From: an uncultured Rhodothermaceae bacterium
Lineage (GTDB): Bacteria; Bacteroidota; Rhodothermia; Rhodothermales; Bin80
Direction: 5' to 3'
Length of the DNA stretch: 64,000 nt
Assembly (NCBI GenBank): GCA_964639665.1
Contig: CAZXEU010000121.1
Coordinates: forward strand, 48,398 to 112,397
The translations under genes and the position numbers were made by a program. Of the stretch, positions 39,410-49,609 are shown piece after piece. Positions within the stretch are counted from its first letter, which is position 1. Each line of letters starts with the position of its first letter. Below the pieces are notes generated by a model, which was not told the origin of the DNA, did not search any database, and saw only the letters and a list, made by a program, of their open reading frames with translations.

Positions 39410-41590
39410 CTAGCGCAAAAAGGCTTCCGTCAGTCCCCCGTCGACGTTGAGAATCTGCCCCGTCGTCTTCGCGAGGCGCCTTCCCACCAGCAAGAAAATG
39501 GCTTCCGCCTGGTCAGCAGGTGAGATGGCCTGCTTGAGGAGGGTCCTTTCCGCGTAGAAGTCCGCAAGACGCTGCTGCAGCGTCGCGAGGTCCTCTGCTT
39601 CCTCGTACGGCAGTGCGTACCTGGCCAGCGAAGCCCGGACACGCTCCAGCGAAAACATGCCGCTGCCCTCAATCATGGTAGCCGGTGCCAGGCCGTTTAC
39701 GCGGACGTGCGGCGCCAGCGCCATTGCCAGCTCGCGAACGAGGTGGTTGGCGGCAGCCTTGCTCGCATCATAGGCGAGACTGCCCTTCTTGGGGACCGTG
39801 GCGTTGACGCTGGTCGTGACGACGAGACTGCCGGGAAGAGCCTGCTCCTGCCAGATGCGCCGCGCTTCGTCCGCGACCAGATAGGGTCCTGTCGCATTCA
39901 CCGCAAAGGAGTCGGCCCACGCCCTGTCGGGAACTTCGCCGCTGGGATCCGGGCTGACGTAAAGCCCCGACGTGATGACCAGATGGTCCAGTCCACCGTA
40001 GGCGAGCAGCAATTTGCGCAACGCCTCCCTGATGGAGTCCCGGTCCGTTACATCACAGGCCAGTCCTATGACCGCGCCGCTTCCCGAAATACCTGATCCT
40101 GCTACGCCAATGCCCATCCCGATCGCGCGAAGATTCTCTTCCGCGACCTCCCGCGCAGCGTCTTCCCGCAGGTCCATGGCTGCCACAGTCGCGCCTTCCG
40201 CCACAAGCCGGCCCACCGCAGCACGGCCGATGCCGCTGCCCGCACCGACCACCGCCACAATCTGGCGCGACAGCTCCATTTCCGGGGGCATGCGCTGCAG
40301 CTTTGCCTCTTCCAGGCTCCAATACTCGATGTCAAAGGCTTCCTGGCGGTCAAGTGCCGTGTACTTCGACACGGCTTCGGCTCCGCGCATGACGGCAACC
40401 GCCGCCTTGTAGAATTCTGCCGTTACCCGGCTTTCGCTCTTGGTCTTGCCCCAGGTGATCATGCCCACTCCGGGCACCAGCACTACCGTAGGATCCGCTA
40501 CGCGCATGGCAGGCGAATCCACCCGGCAATGTGCGCTGTAGTAGGCCGCGTAGTCGTCGCGGTAGCGGGCAATTCCTGCGTCCAGTTTCTTCCTGAGCGC
40601 CCGGACATCCTCCTTGCCGGGCTGCCAGTCTACGTACAGCGGCTTGATCTTCGTTCGCAGGAAATGATCCGGGCAGGAGGTCCCAAGCTCCGCCAGACGC
40701 TCCGCGTCCACGGAGTTCGCAAAGCGCAGGATCTCCTCGTCGTCCTCAAAGGTACCGATGAAGCGGCGAGTCGTGCTGACGCTCCCTCGAAGCCATGGCA
40801 GAATTGCGGCAAGCACGTCAGCCCTGTCCCCTTCGGATAGCGCCGTGCAGCGTGCTCCACCGAAGTCGTACGCGCCTGCGCCTGCGCTCTCCAGATATTG
40901 CGCCGCCCGCTCGATGAGCGCCAGGCTGAGCAGGTAGCATTCCCTGTCATCATCAGCCCAGTTGATGAGGCCGTGCCCGCCCAGCATCACTCCCTGTGCC
41001 TCCGGATATTCCCTGCAGACATTCTGCAGCTTCAGTCCGAGCTCGAAACCGGGCCTCTGCCAGTCTACCCATATCACGCTATCACCATAAATCTCCCTCG
41101 TGAGGGCCTCGCCGTGCGCGGCAGTGGCAAGCGCGATACAGGCCGTGGGGTGGGTATGGTCAACGTGCCGGTAGGGCACGAACGCATGAAGAGGCGTATC
41201 TATGGAGGGCGCGCGCGGATTCAGGTTGAAGGTGCACTGGCGGAAGAAGCCCACCATCCGGTCCTCGGCTTCGGTCTTGGGGCCCCGCTCCGGCATGCCC
41301 GCATAGACCTGCTGCAATGCCATCAGCCTGTCCAGATAAAGCGAGGCAAAATTTGCCTTCACCGACGTGCGCAAGTCGCCTCCCGAGCCCTTGACCCAGA
41401 GCACGGTTGTCGCTTCCCCGGTCAGTGGATCCGCTTCGACAAGCTTGGAGGAAGTATTGCCGCCGCCGGTATTTACAATTCGCCAGTCTGCGCCCAGGAG
41501 ATTGGACCGATATACGAGCCGCTCCACAGCGTCCAGCTCCCGGGCCTTTTCCGTGTCCCAGAGATCCTGCACGTGCCTGAACTCTTGCAT
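39410..41590 (-). CDS. Bifunctional class II aldolase / short-chain dehydrogenase (RhaEW / YuxG-like rhamnulose-1-phosphate aldolase-lactaldehyde dehydrogenase)
   Basis: The N-terminal aldolase domain has GGGNTSSK, VKGSGGDL and VDHTHP. The C-terminal SDR domain has VVGAGSGIGRA, the TSVNATVPKKGSLAYDASKAA (YxxxK) motif, and NVDGG. It is 726 aa. Confidence 0.85.
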   Translation of the reverse strand: MQEFRHVQDLWDTEKARELDAVERLVYRSNLLGADWRIVNTGGGNTSSKLVEADPLTGEATTVLWVKGSGGDLRTSVKANFASLYLDRLMALQQVYAGMPERGPKTEAEDRMVGFFRQCTFNLNPRAPSIDTPLHAFVPYRHVDHTHPTACIALATAAHGEALTREIYGDSVIWVDWQRPGFELGLKLQNVCREYPEAQGVMLGGHGLINWADDDRECYLLSLALIERAAQYLESAGAGAYDFGGARCTALSEGDRADVLAAILPWLRGSVSTTRRFIGTFEDDEEILRFANSVDAERLAELGTSCPDHFLRTKIKPLYVDWQPGKEDVRALRKKLDAGIARYRDDYAAYYSAHCRVDSPAMRVADPTVVLVPGVGMITWGKTKSESRVTAEFYKAAVAVMRGAEAVSKYTALDRQEAFDIEYWSLEEAKLQRMPPEMELSRQIVAVVGAGSGIGRAAVGRLVAEGATVAAMDLREDAAREVAEENLRAIGMGIGVAGSGISGSGAVIGLACDVTDRDSIREALRKLLLAYGGLDHLVITSGLYVSPDPSGEVPDRAWADSFAVNATGPYLVADEARRIWQEQALPGSLVVTTSVNATVPKKGSLAYDASKAAANHLVRELAMALAPHVRVNGLAPATMIEGSGMFSLERVRASLARYALPYEEAEDLATLQQRLADFYAERTLLKQAISPADQAEAIFLLVGRRLAKTTGQILNVDGGLTEAFLR

Positions 41591-41672
41591 GATTGATTCC
41601 GTCGTGTTAAGTGATTGACAACGGGGTACTGGAGAATGGGCCGTGCAGGCGCACCTGTCCCCGGGATTGGGC

Positions 41673-42974
41673 CTACGCGGACACCGTCACGGGTTGCGCT
41701 TCCCTGTAGCCCTTGAGGCCGTAGTGCAGAATGACCAGGAAACACACCAGGGGTACAAGGTACGCCATATGAATCCCGAACAAGTCGGATATCTGCCCCT
41801 GAATGGCCGTCAGCACAGCTCCTCCCAGAATGGCCATGATGAGGCCGGAAGCCCCGATCTTTGTGTCTTCGCCCAGGCCCTTGATGGCAAGCCCGTAGAT
41901 GGTCGGGAACATGAGCGACATGCATCCCGAAATGCCCACGAGCGCAAACGCGCCCACATATCCTCCCGCCATTACGACTACGCAGGTAAGGCCGGACGCC
42001 ATCGCCGCCATGGCCCACAACAACACGTGTGGACCGATGTATTTCATAAGACCCGTGCAGGCAAACCGAGCGGTTGAAAACAGCACGATGGAGGCGAGGT
42101 AATAGCTCGCCGCCGCCTCCTCATTCAGTTCCAGGTTCGACATGATGTAGCGAATCGTGAACGACCAAACGCCGATTTGCGCTCCCACGTAAAAGAACTG
42201 GGCCACGACCCCTTTCGTGTAGTGCTTCTGCCTGAGCAGGCGCCGGATGGTAGAGCCGATTCGCAGGGACTTGTCGCTTTCGCTGCCCTGGGGGAACCGG
42301 GTAACCGCGAATAGGACCCAAATCACGCCGATAACCAGCGCGACCACCACGTAGGGCCCCATGACGGCGGCCAGCTCACCCTGCTGCACCTGGCGGAGCT
42401 GATCAGCCGCCATCTGCGCCCGTTCCGCTTCCGTAGCCTGGTGCAGGCCCGAAAGGATGAAAAACTTGCCGATCAACACACCGGTGATGGAGCCGAGCGG
42501 ATTGAATGACTGGGCCAGGTTGAGCCTGCGCGTTGCCGTCTCCTCGGGCCCCATGACGATGGCATACGGATTCGCGCTCGTCTCCAGAATGGACAACCCG
42601 CCTGCCAGGATGAAGAGCGCCACAAGGAAGTGGCCGTAGACCATGGTCTGACTGGCAGGATAGAACAGCAGCGCGCCTGCGGCAAAAAGCCCCAGCCCCA
42701 ACAGCACACCGGCCTTGTAGGTGAACTTCCGGATGAATATTGCCGCCGGCAGAGCAAGGCAGAAATACGAACCGTAGAAGGCGACCTGGATCCAGGCAGT
42801 CTGGAAATCCGACATGCTCATGATCCGCTTGAAGGTCGCCAGGAGCACGTCCGTCATGTTGTTCGCCACGCCCCAGAGAGCGAACAGACTCGTCAGCAGT
42901 ATGAACGGAAACAGGTACTGGCGCGGCACTATGGGTATGCCGCGACGCGGTGTCGTGCTAGCTTCCTGGCTCAT
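41673..42974 (-). CDS. fucP: L-fucose:H+ symporter family MFS permease
   Basis: LFALWGVANNMTDVLLATFKRIMSMSDFQTAWIQVAFYGSYFCLALPAAIFIRKF is the characteristic FucP N-terminus. It has 12 TM helices. Confidence 0.9.
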   Translation of the reverse strand: MSQEASTTPRRGIPIVPRQYLFPFILLTSLFALWGVANNMTDVLLATFKRIMSMSDFQTAWIQVAFYGSYFCLALPAAIFIRKFTYKAGVLLGLGLFAAGALLFYPASQTMVYGHFLVALFILAGGLSILETSANPYAIVMGPEETATRRLNLAQSFNPLGSITGVLIGKFFILSGLHQATEAERAQMAADQLRQVQQGELAAVMGPYVVVALVIGVIWVLFAVTRFPQGSESDKSLRIGSTIRRLLRQKHYTKGVVAQFFYVGAQIGVWSFTIRYIMSNLELNEEAAASYYLASIVLFSTARFACTGLMKYIGPHVLLWAMAAMASGLTCVVVMAGGYVGAFALVGISGCMSLMFPTIYGLAIKGLGEDTKIGASGLIMAILGGAVLTAIQGQISDLFGIHMAYLVPLVCFLVILHYGLKGYREAQPVTVSA

Positions 42975-43082
42975 GGTACGGGTATGGACTTGAGGATGGA
43001 CATCGCCTGTCGTGCACGGATCTGTACGGGCAGTATGCAGGGGTTTTCTCGGAAGAGGCGGTATTGTCGTGAGAATCGCACA

Positions 43083-43868
43083 TCAAGGGGCGCTTGCACC
43101 GGCGCCGTGCCTGGCCAACATGCGCTGGCGATAGTGCTCATCGCTTCGGCCGGAAATGCGCTGCACATGATCCGCTTCCATGAAGATGGGCCCTCCGAGC
43201 CCGGCGGCGCCTACAAATATGCGAGCCGCCTTTTCGGCCATGGCCAAAGCCGCAGACACTTCTCCCGGATGTGAACCGACGGCAATAATGCCGTGGTTCT
43301 CCAGAAGAATGGTCTTGGGAATCATGCCGGTTTCGGTTCTGAAGGCTTCGACATCATCGCGTATCCGCCGGGCCAATTCCAACCCCGGATCCACATAGGG
43401 GACCAGTACGGAGGCCGGGCCGCAGTACACGACCTGATCGGGGATTACGCGCTCCTCGGCAAACTGCCGCTTCCACGGCGAGCAAAGAATCTGGTTTACG
43501 CAAATGGCGTGGACATGGCCCACGCACGCCACACCGGGAAGCCTCAGAAGCCACGCGTGGAAGAGCGTCTCTACCGATGGCTTGAGTGCGTGCTGATCGG
43601 TGCGGGAATCGAGCAGCAAGGCTTCGATCCCGGAGTCCGACATTCCATTCTCCGATTCGACGGCGGCCAGTACCGGCTCGCTGTCCACCTTAACCAGCTC
43701 GTTCGGTCGCAGCGTGCCCAGTCGCGTCCCGCTGGCTTTCACCAGGAAAAATCGCGCATCAATGCGGCCCGAAACATTGCCCTCGCCCAGGATGGACATG
43801 TGCCGTCCATCACCGAGTTCGTGGGCCAGCGAAACCAGATTGCTCCGGATGTCGGCCGAGCGCGCCAT
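43083..43868 (-). CDS. Class II aldolase/adducin-domain protein (261 aa), FucA-like candidate
   Basis: It has GEGNVSGRI, FLVKASGT, PSVETLFH, VGHVHA and ENHGIIAVG. Confidence 0.75.
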   Translation of the reverse strand: MARSADIRSNLVSLAHELGDGRHMSILGEGNVSGRIDARFFLVKASGTRLGTLRPNELVKVDSEPVLAAVESENGMSDSGIEALLLDSRTDQHALKPSVETLFHAWLLRLPGVACVGHVHAICVNQILCSPWKRQFAEERVIPDQVVYCGPASVLVPYVDPGLELARRIRDDVEAFRTETGMIPKTILLENHGIIAVGSHPGEVSAALAMAEKAARIFVGAAGLGGPIFMEADHVQRISGRSDEHYRQRMLARHGAGASAP

Positions 43869-43921
43869 GCAGACTGCAGATTATGGATGGCTGGACATGA
43901 GCACCAGACCGAGGCGGACCA

Positions 43922-45535
43922 TCAGCCGGTCTCTTGTTCGAGGCCGCTCTCTGTCCCGCAGACAAAGGTCTCTATGCCCAGGCTCTCGAACGTGGCAACC
44001 TTGGTCGCCAGCGCCTTGCGTGCTGCTGCCGCATCCGGCGCGTACGCTACCTGTATGTGATTGGCCTTGTGGCGCGCCATCATCTGGTCTCGCGAAACAC
44101 CGCAAGTCACTGCGTGCATGATCGGCCACTGAGGCGTGGTGAGCTGCCACCTGCGCTCTGTTTCCTCCCGCGGCAATTCCACCGCCCGGGCCATGCCCAC
44201 GTCTGCCTTGAGACACCCGTCTTCTACAAAAATGCGGCTCCAGACCACGTCGCCCGGCTTGCTGATGCCCTTAACGGTGCCACCGCCCAGGCGAAAGTAC
44301 ATATACGGCTGCCGCTCGCTGCTTGCGCCGGCGTATTCACCGTCAAAATGCGCAGGCGGCACAGCACCTGAAATCTCGAAGACCCATACAAATTGCCCGT
44401 TAAACGCCTCACCCCAGCGAAGGTCATGCAGCGTCGTCTCCGGAGCATAGCCCAGTTCGCGCCAGATGCGGTTGGTCACAAGCGCATCCAGGCCTGCACA
44501 CTCATCCACTTCGTTGAAGTGCGGAAGGGGCTCTCCCGCATACAGCTCCCGCGAGCCGTCCCGAGACAGGACGGGCGGCCGGTTCGTATTGTTCAGCAGG
44601 CCTTCCGCCAGATCTGATGCCGGAAGCAGGTCCTTGAGTCCCTGCTGATACTGGATGCCGATGGCGTCGCAGCCGAAGTCGTCCGCGATTCGAAGCGCGG
44701 CTATGTACATCTTGCACTGCAGAAGTACCTGGCGCTCGGTGAGATCCTCCGCTTCATTGGAGCCGAACTGAAACGTCATACCGCGGGCGGTGAGCCAGCC
44801 GAGGCAGGCCGCCGCCTCGGCATCCGGCACCTGCATAGCCTCGTAGTAGAGCGCGCTTTGGCTCAGGCGCTCCTTGAATACTCCCGTGCGGTTAAGCAGA
44901 TGGTCCGGGATGATGGCATTGAACATGCCCATACATCCCTCGTCGAAGACGCCCATGATGGCCTTGTCGCGCCTTAGGGCCGCGGCAAGCCTGGCACCGA
45001 GCTGCTCGGCCTCGGACGGCAACCGGAGTCCGGCTGCCGCACGTGCATGACCTACGTCGTGCGCAACCGTCCCGGTTTCCAGCCACGAGCGAAGACCTCT
45101 CTTGAAAAAGTCGTCCGAGAAGTCCTCGCTCCATAACGAGCTGTAGGATACGCCAGCAGTCGTCATGGAGCCGTTAAGATTGAGCATTCCAACGAGACCC
45201 GGCCATGTTCCGCTCCAGTTTGCGACCGTGAGGATGGGGCCTCGGTGTGTGGCGAGCCCAAGGAGTACATGGTGCGAATACTGCCAGGCAGCGCAAACCA
45301 CGACGAGCGGACTGTCAGTGTCAATGCTCCGAAACACGTCGCGACCATAGGTCTGGCTGTCTATGAACCCGTGTCCCGCGTCAGAATGGACCGCATGTCC
45401 TCGCTCCGCGCTGTACCCTTCCGCCTCTATGGCTCGCCGGACGGCACGCTCCACATTCGCCTGCTCAGGCCAGCACTTGCGGTTCGCGGACAGCCGCAAG
45501 TCGCCGCTTGCTATCAGGGTAACGGTCCTGGACAT
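43922..45535 (-). CDS. L-fucose isomerase family sugar isomerase
   Basis: Several segments align by eye with E. coli FucI as I remember it:
- [12 protein letters not shown], compared with ENDSLNGVAML
- LHDLRW, compared with FADVRTYW
- [13 protein letters not shown], compared with HEYFRGGGYSSRF
- [24 protein letters not shown], compared with [24 protein letters not shown]
- [11 protein letters not shown], compared with WGANHGVLTIGH. Confidence 0.75.
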   Translation of the reverse strand: MSRTVTLIASGDLRLSANRKCWPEQANVERAVRRAIEAEGYSAERGHAVHSDAGHGFIDSQTYGRDVFRSIDTDSPLVVVCAAWQYSHHVLLGLATHRGPILTVANWSGTWPGLVGMLNLNGSMTTAGVSYSSLWSEDFSDDFFKRGLRSWLETGTVAHDVGHARAAAGLRLPSEAEQLGARLAAALRRDKAIMGVFDEGCMGMFNAIIPDHLLNRTGVFKERLSQSALYYEAMQVPDAEAAACLGWLTARGMTFQFGSNEAEDLTERQVLLQCKMYIAALRIADDFGCDAIGIQYQQGLKDLLPASDLAEGLLNNTNRPPVLSRDGSRELYAGEPLPHFNEVDECAGLDALVTNRIWRELGYAPETTLHDLRWGEAFNGQFVWVFEISGAVPPAHFDGEYAGASSERQPYMYFRLGGGTVKGISKPGDVVWSRIFVEDGCLKADVGMARAVELPREETERRWQLTTPQWPIMHAVTCGVSRDQMMARHKANHIQVAYAPDAAAARKALATKVATFESLGIETFVCGTESGLEQETG

Positions 45536-45612
45536 CTCGAATTAGCGTCTGGCCCTTTGCATGCGCGACTCCTCCGGCGGGAATGTAACGCACACATTGG
45601 AAACGCAAAAGG

Positions 45613-45628
45613 ATGTTAAGCTTAACAT
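45613..45628. promoter_or_regulatory. Perfect 16-bp palindrome ATGTTAAGCTTAACAT, candidate LacI-family operator
   Basis: I read it directly and it is exactly self-complementary. It lies 78-93 nt upstream of the fucI-like ATG and 215 nt upstream of the divergent lacI-family gene. Its size and symmetry are typical of LacI/GalR operators. Confidence 0.5.
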
Positions 45629-45772
45629 GTACCTTGCAACATACTCTATTGGCCTGTTCCTGTCAAGCGTGTCCGCCAGCCCTCAGGCCAGATTCTGGCC
45701 CAACATTTCGTTCAACCCCGGATGTGGGCAACTGCGGCCTGTCTTGCGAACAATTTAATGCCGCGTGCCCTA

Positions 45773-45780
45773 TAATTTTG
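45773..45780 (+). promoter_or_regulatory. TAATTTTG, a match to the Bacteroidota sigma-A -7 element (TAnnTTTG) upstream of the lacI-family gene
   Basis: It matches the consensus exactly, within an AT-rich patch, 63 nt upstream of the ATG at 45843. I found no well-spaced -33 TTTG. Confidence 0.3.
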
Positions 45781-45842
45781 CAGAATCCGGGACGATACCG
45801 AGCTGAACGAAAACTGCCTCCTGTCAGACGGCCGCCCAAGCC

Positions 45843-46847
45843 ATGAGCACTATTCTTGACGTTGCCAGGGAGGCAGGCGTGAGCGCGATGACGGTATCGC
45901 GCTATTTCAACCAGCCGGAAATGCTTGCTCCGGCCACGACCGAGCGCGTGAAGGCTGCAATACAGCGATTGCAGTACGTGCCAAACGCAGCCGCGCGAAG
46001 CCTGATCAGCGGCCGCTCCAAGACGGTTGCCCTGATACTGGCGGACGTTGCCAATCCATTCTACACCACGATTGCGCGCGGAGTAGAAGATGTGGCCCAG
46101 GAGCACGACTACACGCTCATTCTCGGAAATACCGACGAATCGCGAGAAAAGGAGCGGCGCTACATCGACATCATCATTTCCAGACGCGTAGACGGCGTCA
46201 TCATCTCCTCCTCCCCGGGCAATGACCATCACTTCGGACTGCTGTTTCAGAAAGGCATTCCGGTCGTCCTGATTGACCGAATAGTCAGAGACATCGAAGC
46301 TGATGCCGTACGCGGGGACACATATACCGGCGGCCAGAAGCTTACAGACCATCTCATTGAACAGGGATTCAAGGATATTGCGCTCATTGGCGGATGGACG
46401 GGCGTCTCGTCCCTGGAAGAGCGAATGGCGGGCTATCGCCTGGCCATGGAGACGGCGGGACTTGTCCCCAAGGTGTATCCCGGTCGGACGGACCGGGAAA
46501 GCGGCGAGGAGATCACCCGACAGCTCCATGCATCCGGAAGCATGCCTGAGGCTGTCATCGCCGCCAACAACTATGTGGCAGTGGGCGCGCTGGTTGCCCT
46601 CCGGAAGCTTGGACTGCGTGTTCCGGAAGACGTGGCGTTGGCCACCTTTGACGACATCGAAAGCGCCGCACTGATATACCCGTTCCTTACAGTCGTCGCG
46701 CAACCGGCTTACGAGATGGGCGTCATGGCGATGCAGCTGCTTCTTGATCGCATGCACGGCTACTCGGGGCCTCCCCGGAGTCGCCTCCTACCCACAGAAA
46801 TGATTATTCGCAGTTCATCGCTCGCCCGGGCGGTGACACTGCACTGA
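45843..46847 (+). CDS. LacI-family transcriptional regulator
   Basis: It has the HTH ILDVAREAGVSAMTVSRYFN and YVPNAAARSL, followed by a periplasmic-binding-protein-like sugar domain. Confidence 0.9.
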   Translation: MSTILDVAREAGVSAMTVSRYFNQPEMLAPATTERVKAAIQRLQYVPNAAARSLISGRSKTVALILADVANPFYTTIARGVEDVAQEHDYTLILGNTDESREKERRYIDIIISRRVDGVIISSSPGNDHHFGLLFQKGIPVVLIDRIVRDIEADAVRGDTYTGGQKLTDHLIEQGFKDIALIGGWTGVSSLEERMAGYRLAMETAGLVPKVYPGRTDRESGEEITRQLHASGSMPEAVIAANNYVAVGALVALRKLGLRVPEDVALATFDDIESAALIYPFLTVVAQPAYEMGVMAMQLLLDRMHGYSGPPRSRLLPTEMIIRSSSLARAVTLH

Positions 46848-46893
46848 GAACCGGCGCTCGCGCGAACGGCAGATTCCGCAAGCTTTCGCGGAC

Positions 46894-49503
46894 CTAACTG
46901 CCGGCAGCTTCGACCACAAAAGTCGTGGCCTCGCCCTGCGGGAACACCATACCTCCTTCGAATTCCCGCTGCCCGAACCCGTTCAGGTCAAAACCGTCCA
47001 GCGTCAGGCTCCCGTTCAGAGGCTCTAGCGTCACCGTCCTCCGCCGGCCGCCGCCGGAAATCCCCACGATTCCATACTCCCTGCCATTGGACCAGAAGTA
47101 CTCGCCAGAGTGTGGATTGAAGCCCATGCGCGCATCTACTGCGGAGTATTGGAACCCCGTGTATGCCAAAATGCCTGCCCACGCCGCCATGGCTCTGGAA
47201 TACCGGTGACCGTATTCTCCCTCATTGAACGGGTTTCTCTTGTGTCCGTCATAGCGGTCCCGAATAGCTCTGAATACCTTCAGTCCTGAATCTACCTCGC
47301 CCTCGTAGATAAGGTGCGCGGCCGTGCTGTACTCAAACCCCGTCATGATCTCCGTGTAGTACGGAAACGGGAAATCCAGCAACTCGCCCCTCGGGTAGCT
47401 CGCCATGAGCAATCCGGCCTCGCTGCCCAGCCCGAAGCTTCGGAAGGTATTGAAGTGCTCGTTGAAGTCCTCGATGTAATTGTATTTCATGATGCTGCGG
47501 AGCGTCGTCTTAACGTGCTCCGGATCAAGCAGATACCCGAGCCCTGCGGTATGGGCCAGGTACTGGCCGACCAGTTGGTCCACCAGACACCCCTTGCCCA
47601 GCTGCGCCACCTTGCTGGTTCCCTCCGGGATATGGTGCTCGTAGTATTCCCCGTTGAAGATATTGTCGTCTATCCAGGCGCGGCCCCGCTCGAACAGGTC
47701 TCTCGTTTCGTCCGCGAAGGCATCGTCTCCCAGGTGCCTTGCCATTTCCTCGGAGGCACGCAGCGCGCCTAGGTACCAGCCAGCCATCTGGGGATTGGGG
47801 CCCAGATAATTGATGTCCATGGTGTTGTGCTGGCTGCCCTCCATCACGCCGTCCTTGTCCTGGTCCCAAACGCCTGTCCATGCGAAGCTCATGGCCTTGC
47901 GAATATTGGGCCAGAGATTTTCGAGCATTTCGTCATCGCCCGAAAGCTGCCAGTCACGGTACATCTTGATAAGCGTGCCCATCTGGCCGTCCGCCGCCCG
48001 GTTCTGGAAGCTTCTTGCACGGCTATCGATCGGGAGCCCGACGCGATAGCTCATGCCACCGTCGTCATTTACCGAGTGACGGAATTCCACTTCCCGAAAC
48101 TTGAGTGCCAGATCGCCAAACAGGAAGGGAGTAGTCGACTCGTAATTCCACACGTGGAAGCACGTGCCAAAGCCCCATCCGGAGCTTTTGGAAGCACCAA
48201 TCGTGGTTCCCTGGATGCTGCCGGTTCCCTCGAATCCGAATGGAAGCCCATCGGCCGTTCGGAAGACCGTTTGGCTGCGCAGGTTGTTTAGATTGAACAG
48301 ACCCGCCTCTTTCAAGACGTCTGGCGCATCGCTCTCGACTAGCGCGCGAACAAACTGCACCGTCTCGGCTTCCAGCTCTTCCAGTTGGGCCCCCATCTGC
48401 TCGGCCACGGCCCAGGCATCGTCGTAGAGCGTCGTGTAGTAGTTACCGACAATTTCGGTCCCCCCGTATGCTCCCGCATGGTGGACGCCGTGATCCCAGG
48501 CGCGGCGATTCGGGAAATGCCAGGTCAGAAGAAACGTGACCTCTCTGGTCTGGCCGGGCTCAAGGTCAACCTTAACGGCCAGGGTCGCAGGCGGAGTCTG
48601 AATGGCGCGCGCCGTGTCCGGATGGTCGGTCAACTCACCGTCTGCGATGAAGTCATCCCAGAATTCACGGAAGGTCCAATTCCAGCCCAGCGGCGCCCAG
48701 GATGTTCTGTGCGAGACCATACCCGGGCTATTGGTTGCCAGGGCCATGGTGCCCCAATTCACATCGAGTGAATCGACGCCTTCTGACGTCATGAATATGC
48801 CCGCAAGGCCACCCGCGACTCTATACTCATTAACGTTGTTGTTCGGTGCGCCCGTCCATCCATCCGCCCCGATATAATTTGGCACCATGCCCACAACTGC
48901 CGCCTCCAGTGCCTCGGCGGATTGGTTGGTAAGGACGTACCGCAGTACGGCGACCGGGATGCCGCTCTTGTCGGCGTCGCCTACGATGAGCGGGTTAAAC
49001 GCTTCGAGCCGCACGTCCACGGGTACGTCGGAGTGCTCGAACTGCACCTGGGCCAGCGGATAGGCTGCCGCAAACTTTGTGCTCTGAAAGCGCGGAAAAC
49101 CTGAATTGACCGCATCGGCGCCCCAGTCCCCGCTGTGCTCCCGCGCAGGCACCGGGCCTTCCAGTACACGGACCTCGCCCGACGTGTCGCTTTGGCTGTA
49201 GTAAAGGGCAAAGAAAGGGCCGTTGGCAATGGTCGGTAGCACAAGCTTGAACGCGGGCAGATAGCCAAGTGCCCCCCTGTTCATCAATTCCCAGTCGCGA
49301 AGATCCCCCCGGCCGCCAACCGAAACCGTGCCTGTGCCAATGCCTCCGAGTGGCATCGCGACTTCGTCCAGATACTGCCCCGAATACGTCCGGAGGACCG
49401 GCCAATCGGCATTCCACTTGGGTGACGTTGTTGGCTGGACGCACGACGATACTGCCAGAAGCAAGGCCCCGGCCAGAAGCTGTTGGAACCGCGAGTTCAT
49501 CAT
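46894..49503 (-). CDS. GH116-family (GBA2/DUF608-type) glycoside hydrolase, secreted
   Basis: It has the N-terminal [28 protein letters not shown] signature and a C-terminal (alpha/alpha)6 catalytic region. The lipoprotein-like signal [13 protein letters not shown] follows the ATG at 49503. Confidence 0.8.
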   Translation of the reverse strand: MMNSRFQQLLAGALLLAVSSCVQPTTSPKWNADWPVLRTYSGQYLDEVAMPLGGIGTGTVSVGGRGDLRDWELMNRGALGYLPAFKLVLPTIANGPFFALYYSQSDTSGEVRVLEGPVPAREHSGDWGADAVNSGFPRFQSTKFAAAYPLAQVQFEHSDVPVDVRLEAFNPLIVGDADKSGIPVAVLRYVLTNQSAEALEAAVVGMVPNYIGADGWTGAPNNNVNEYRVAGGLAGIFMTSEGVDSLDVNWGTMALATNSPGMVSHRTSWAPLGWNWTFREFWDDFIADGELTDHPDTARAIQTPPATLAVKVDLEPGQTREVTFLLTWHFPNRRAWDHGVHHAGAYGGTEIVGNYYTTLYDDAWAVAEQMGAQLEELEAETVQFVRALVESDAPDVLKEAGLFNLNNLRSQTVFRTADGLPFGFEGTGSIQGTTIGASKSSGWGFGTCFHVWNYESTTPFLFGDLALKFREVEFRHSVNDDGGMSYRVGLPIDSRARSFQNRAADGQMGTLIKMYRDWQLSGDDEMLENLWPNIRKAMSFAWTGVWDQDKDGVMEGSQHNTMDINYLGPNPQMAGWYLGALRASEEMARHLGDDAFADETRDLFERGRAWIDDNIFNGEYYEHHIPEGTSKVAQLGKGCLVDQLVGQYLAHTAGLGYLLDPEHVKTTLRSIMKYNYIEDFNEHFNTFRSFGLGSEAGLLMASYPRGELLDFPFPYYTEIMTGFEYSTAAHLIYEGEVDSGLKVFRAIRDRYDGHKRNPFNEGEYGHRYSRAMAAWAGILAYTGFQYSAVDARMGFNPHSGEYFWSNGREYGIVGISGGGRRRTVTLEPLNGSLTLDGFDLNGFGQREFEGGMVFPQGEATTFVVEAAGS

Positions 49504-49609
49504 CTGCAGGGCCGTGCGGTTTTTGACAGTCTGGTCCCGAGTGTGCGTGCGGCCAGCCCCGGCGTGACACAAACCCGGGCAAGGGAGACGCTCGCGACCA
49601 ACAGTTTAT

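Noticed and set aside
46848-46893. A possible bidirectional terminator between the convergent lacI and GH116 genes.
   Set aside because: Only a weak 6-bp stem (CGCGAA...TTCGCG) with an 18-nt loop is present, with no flanking T/A run. This is not convincing.
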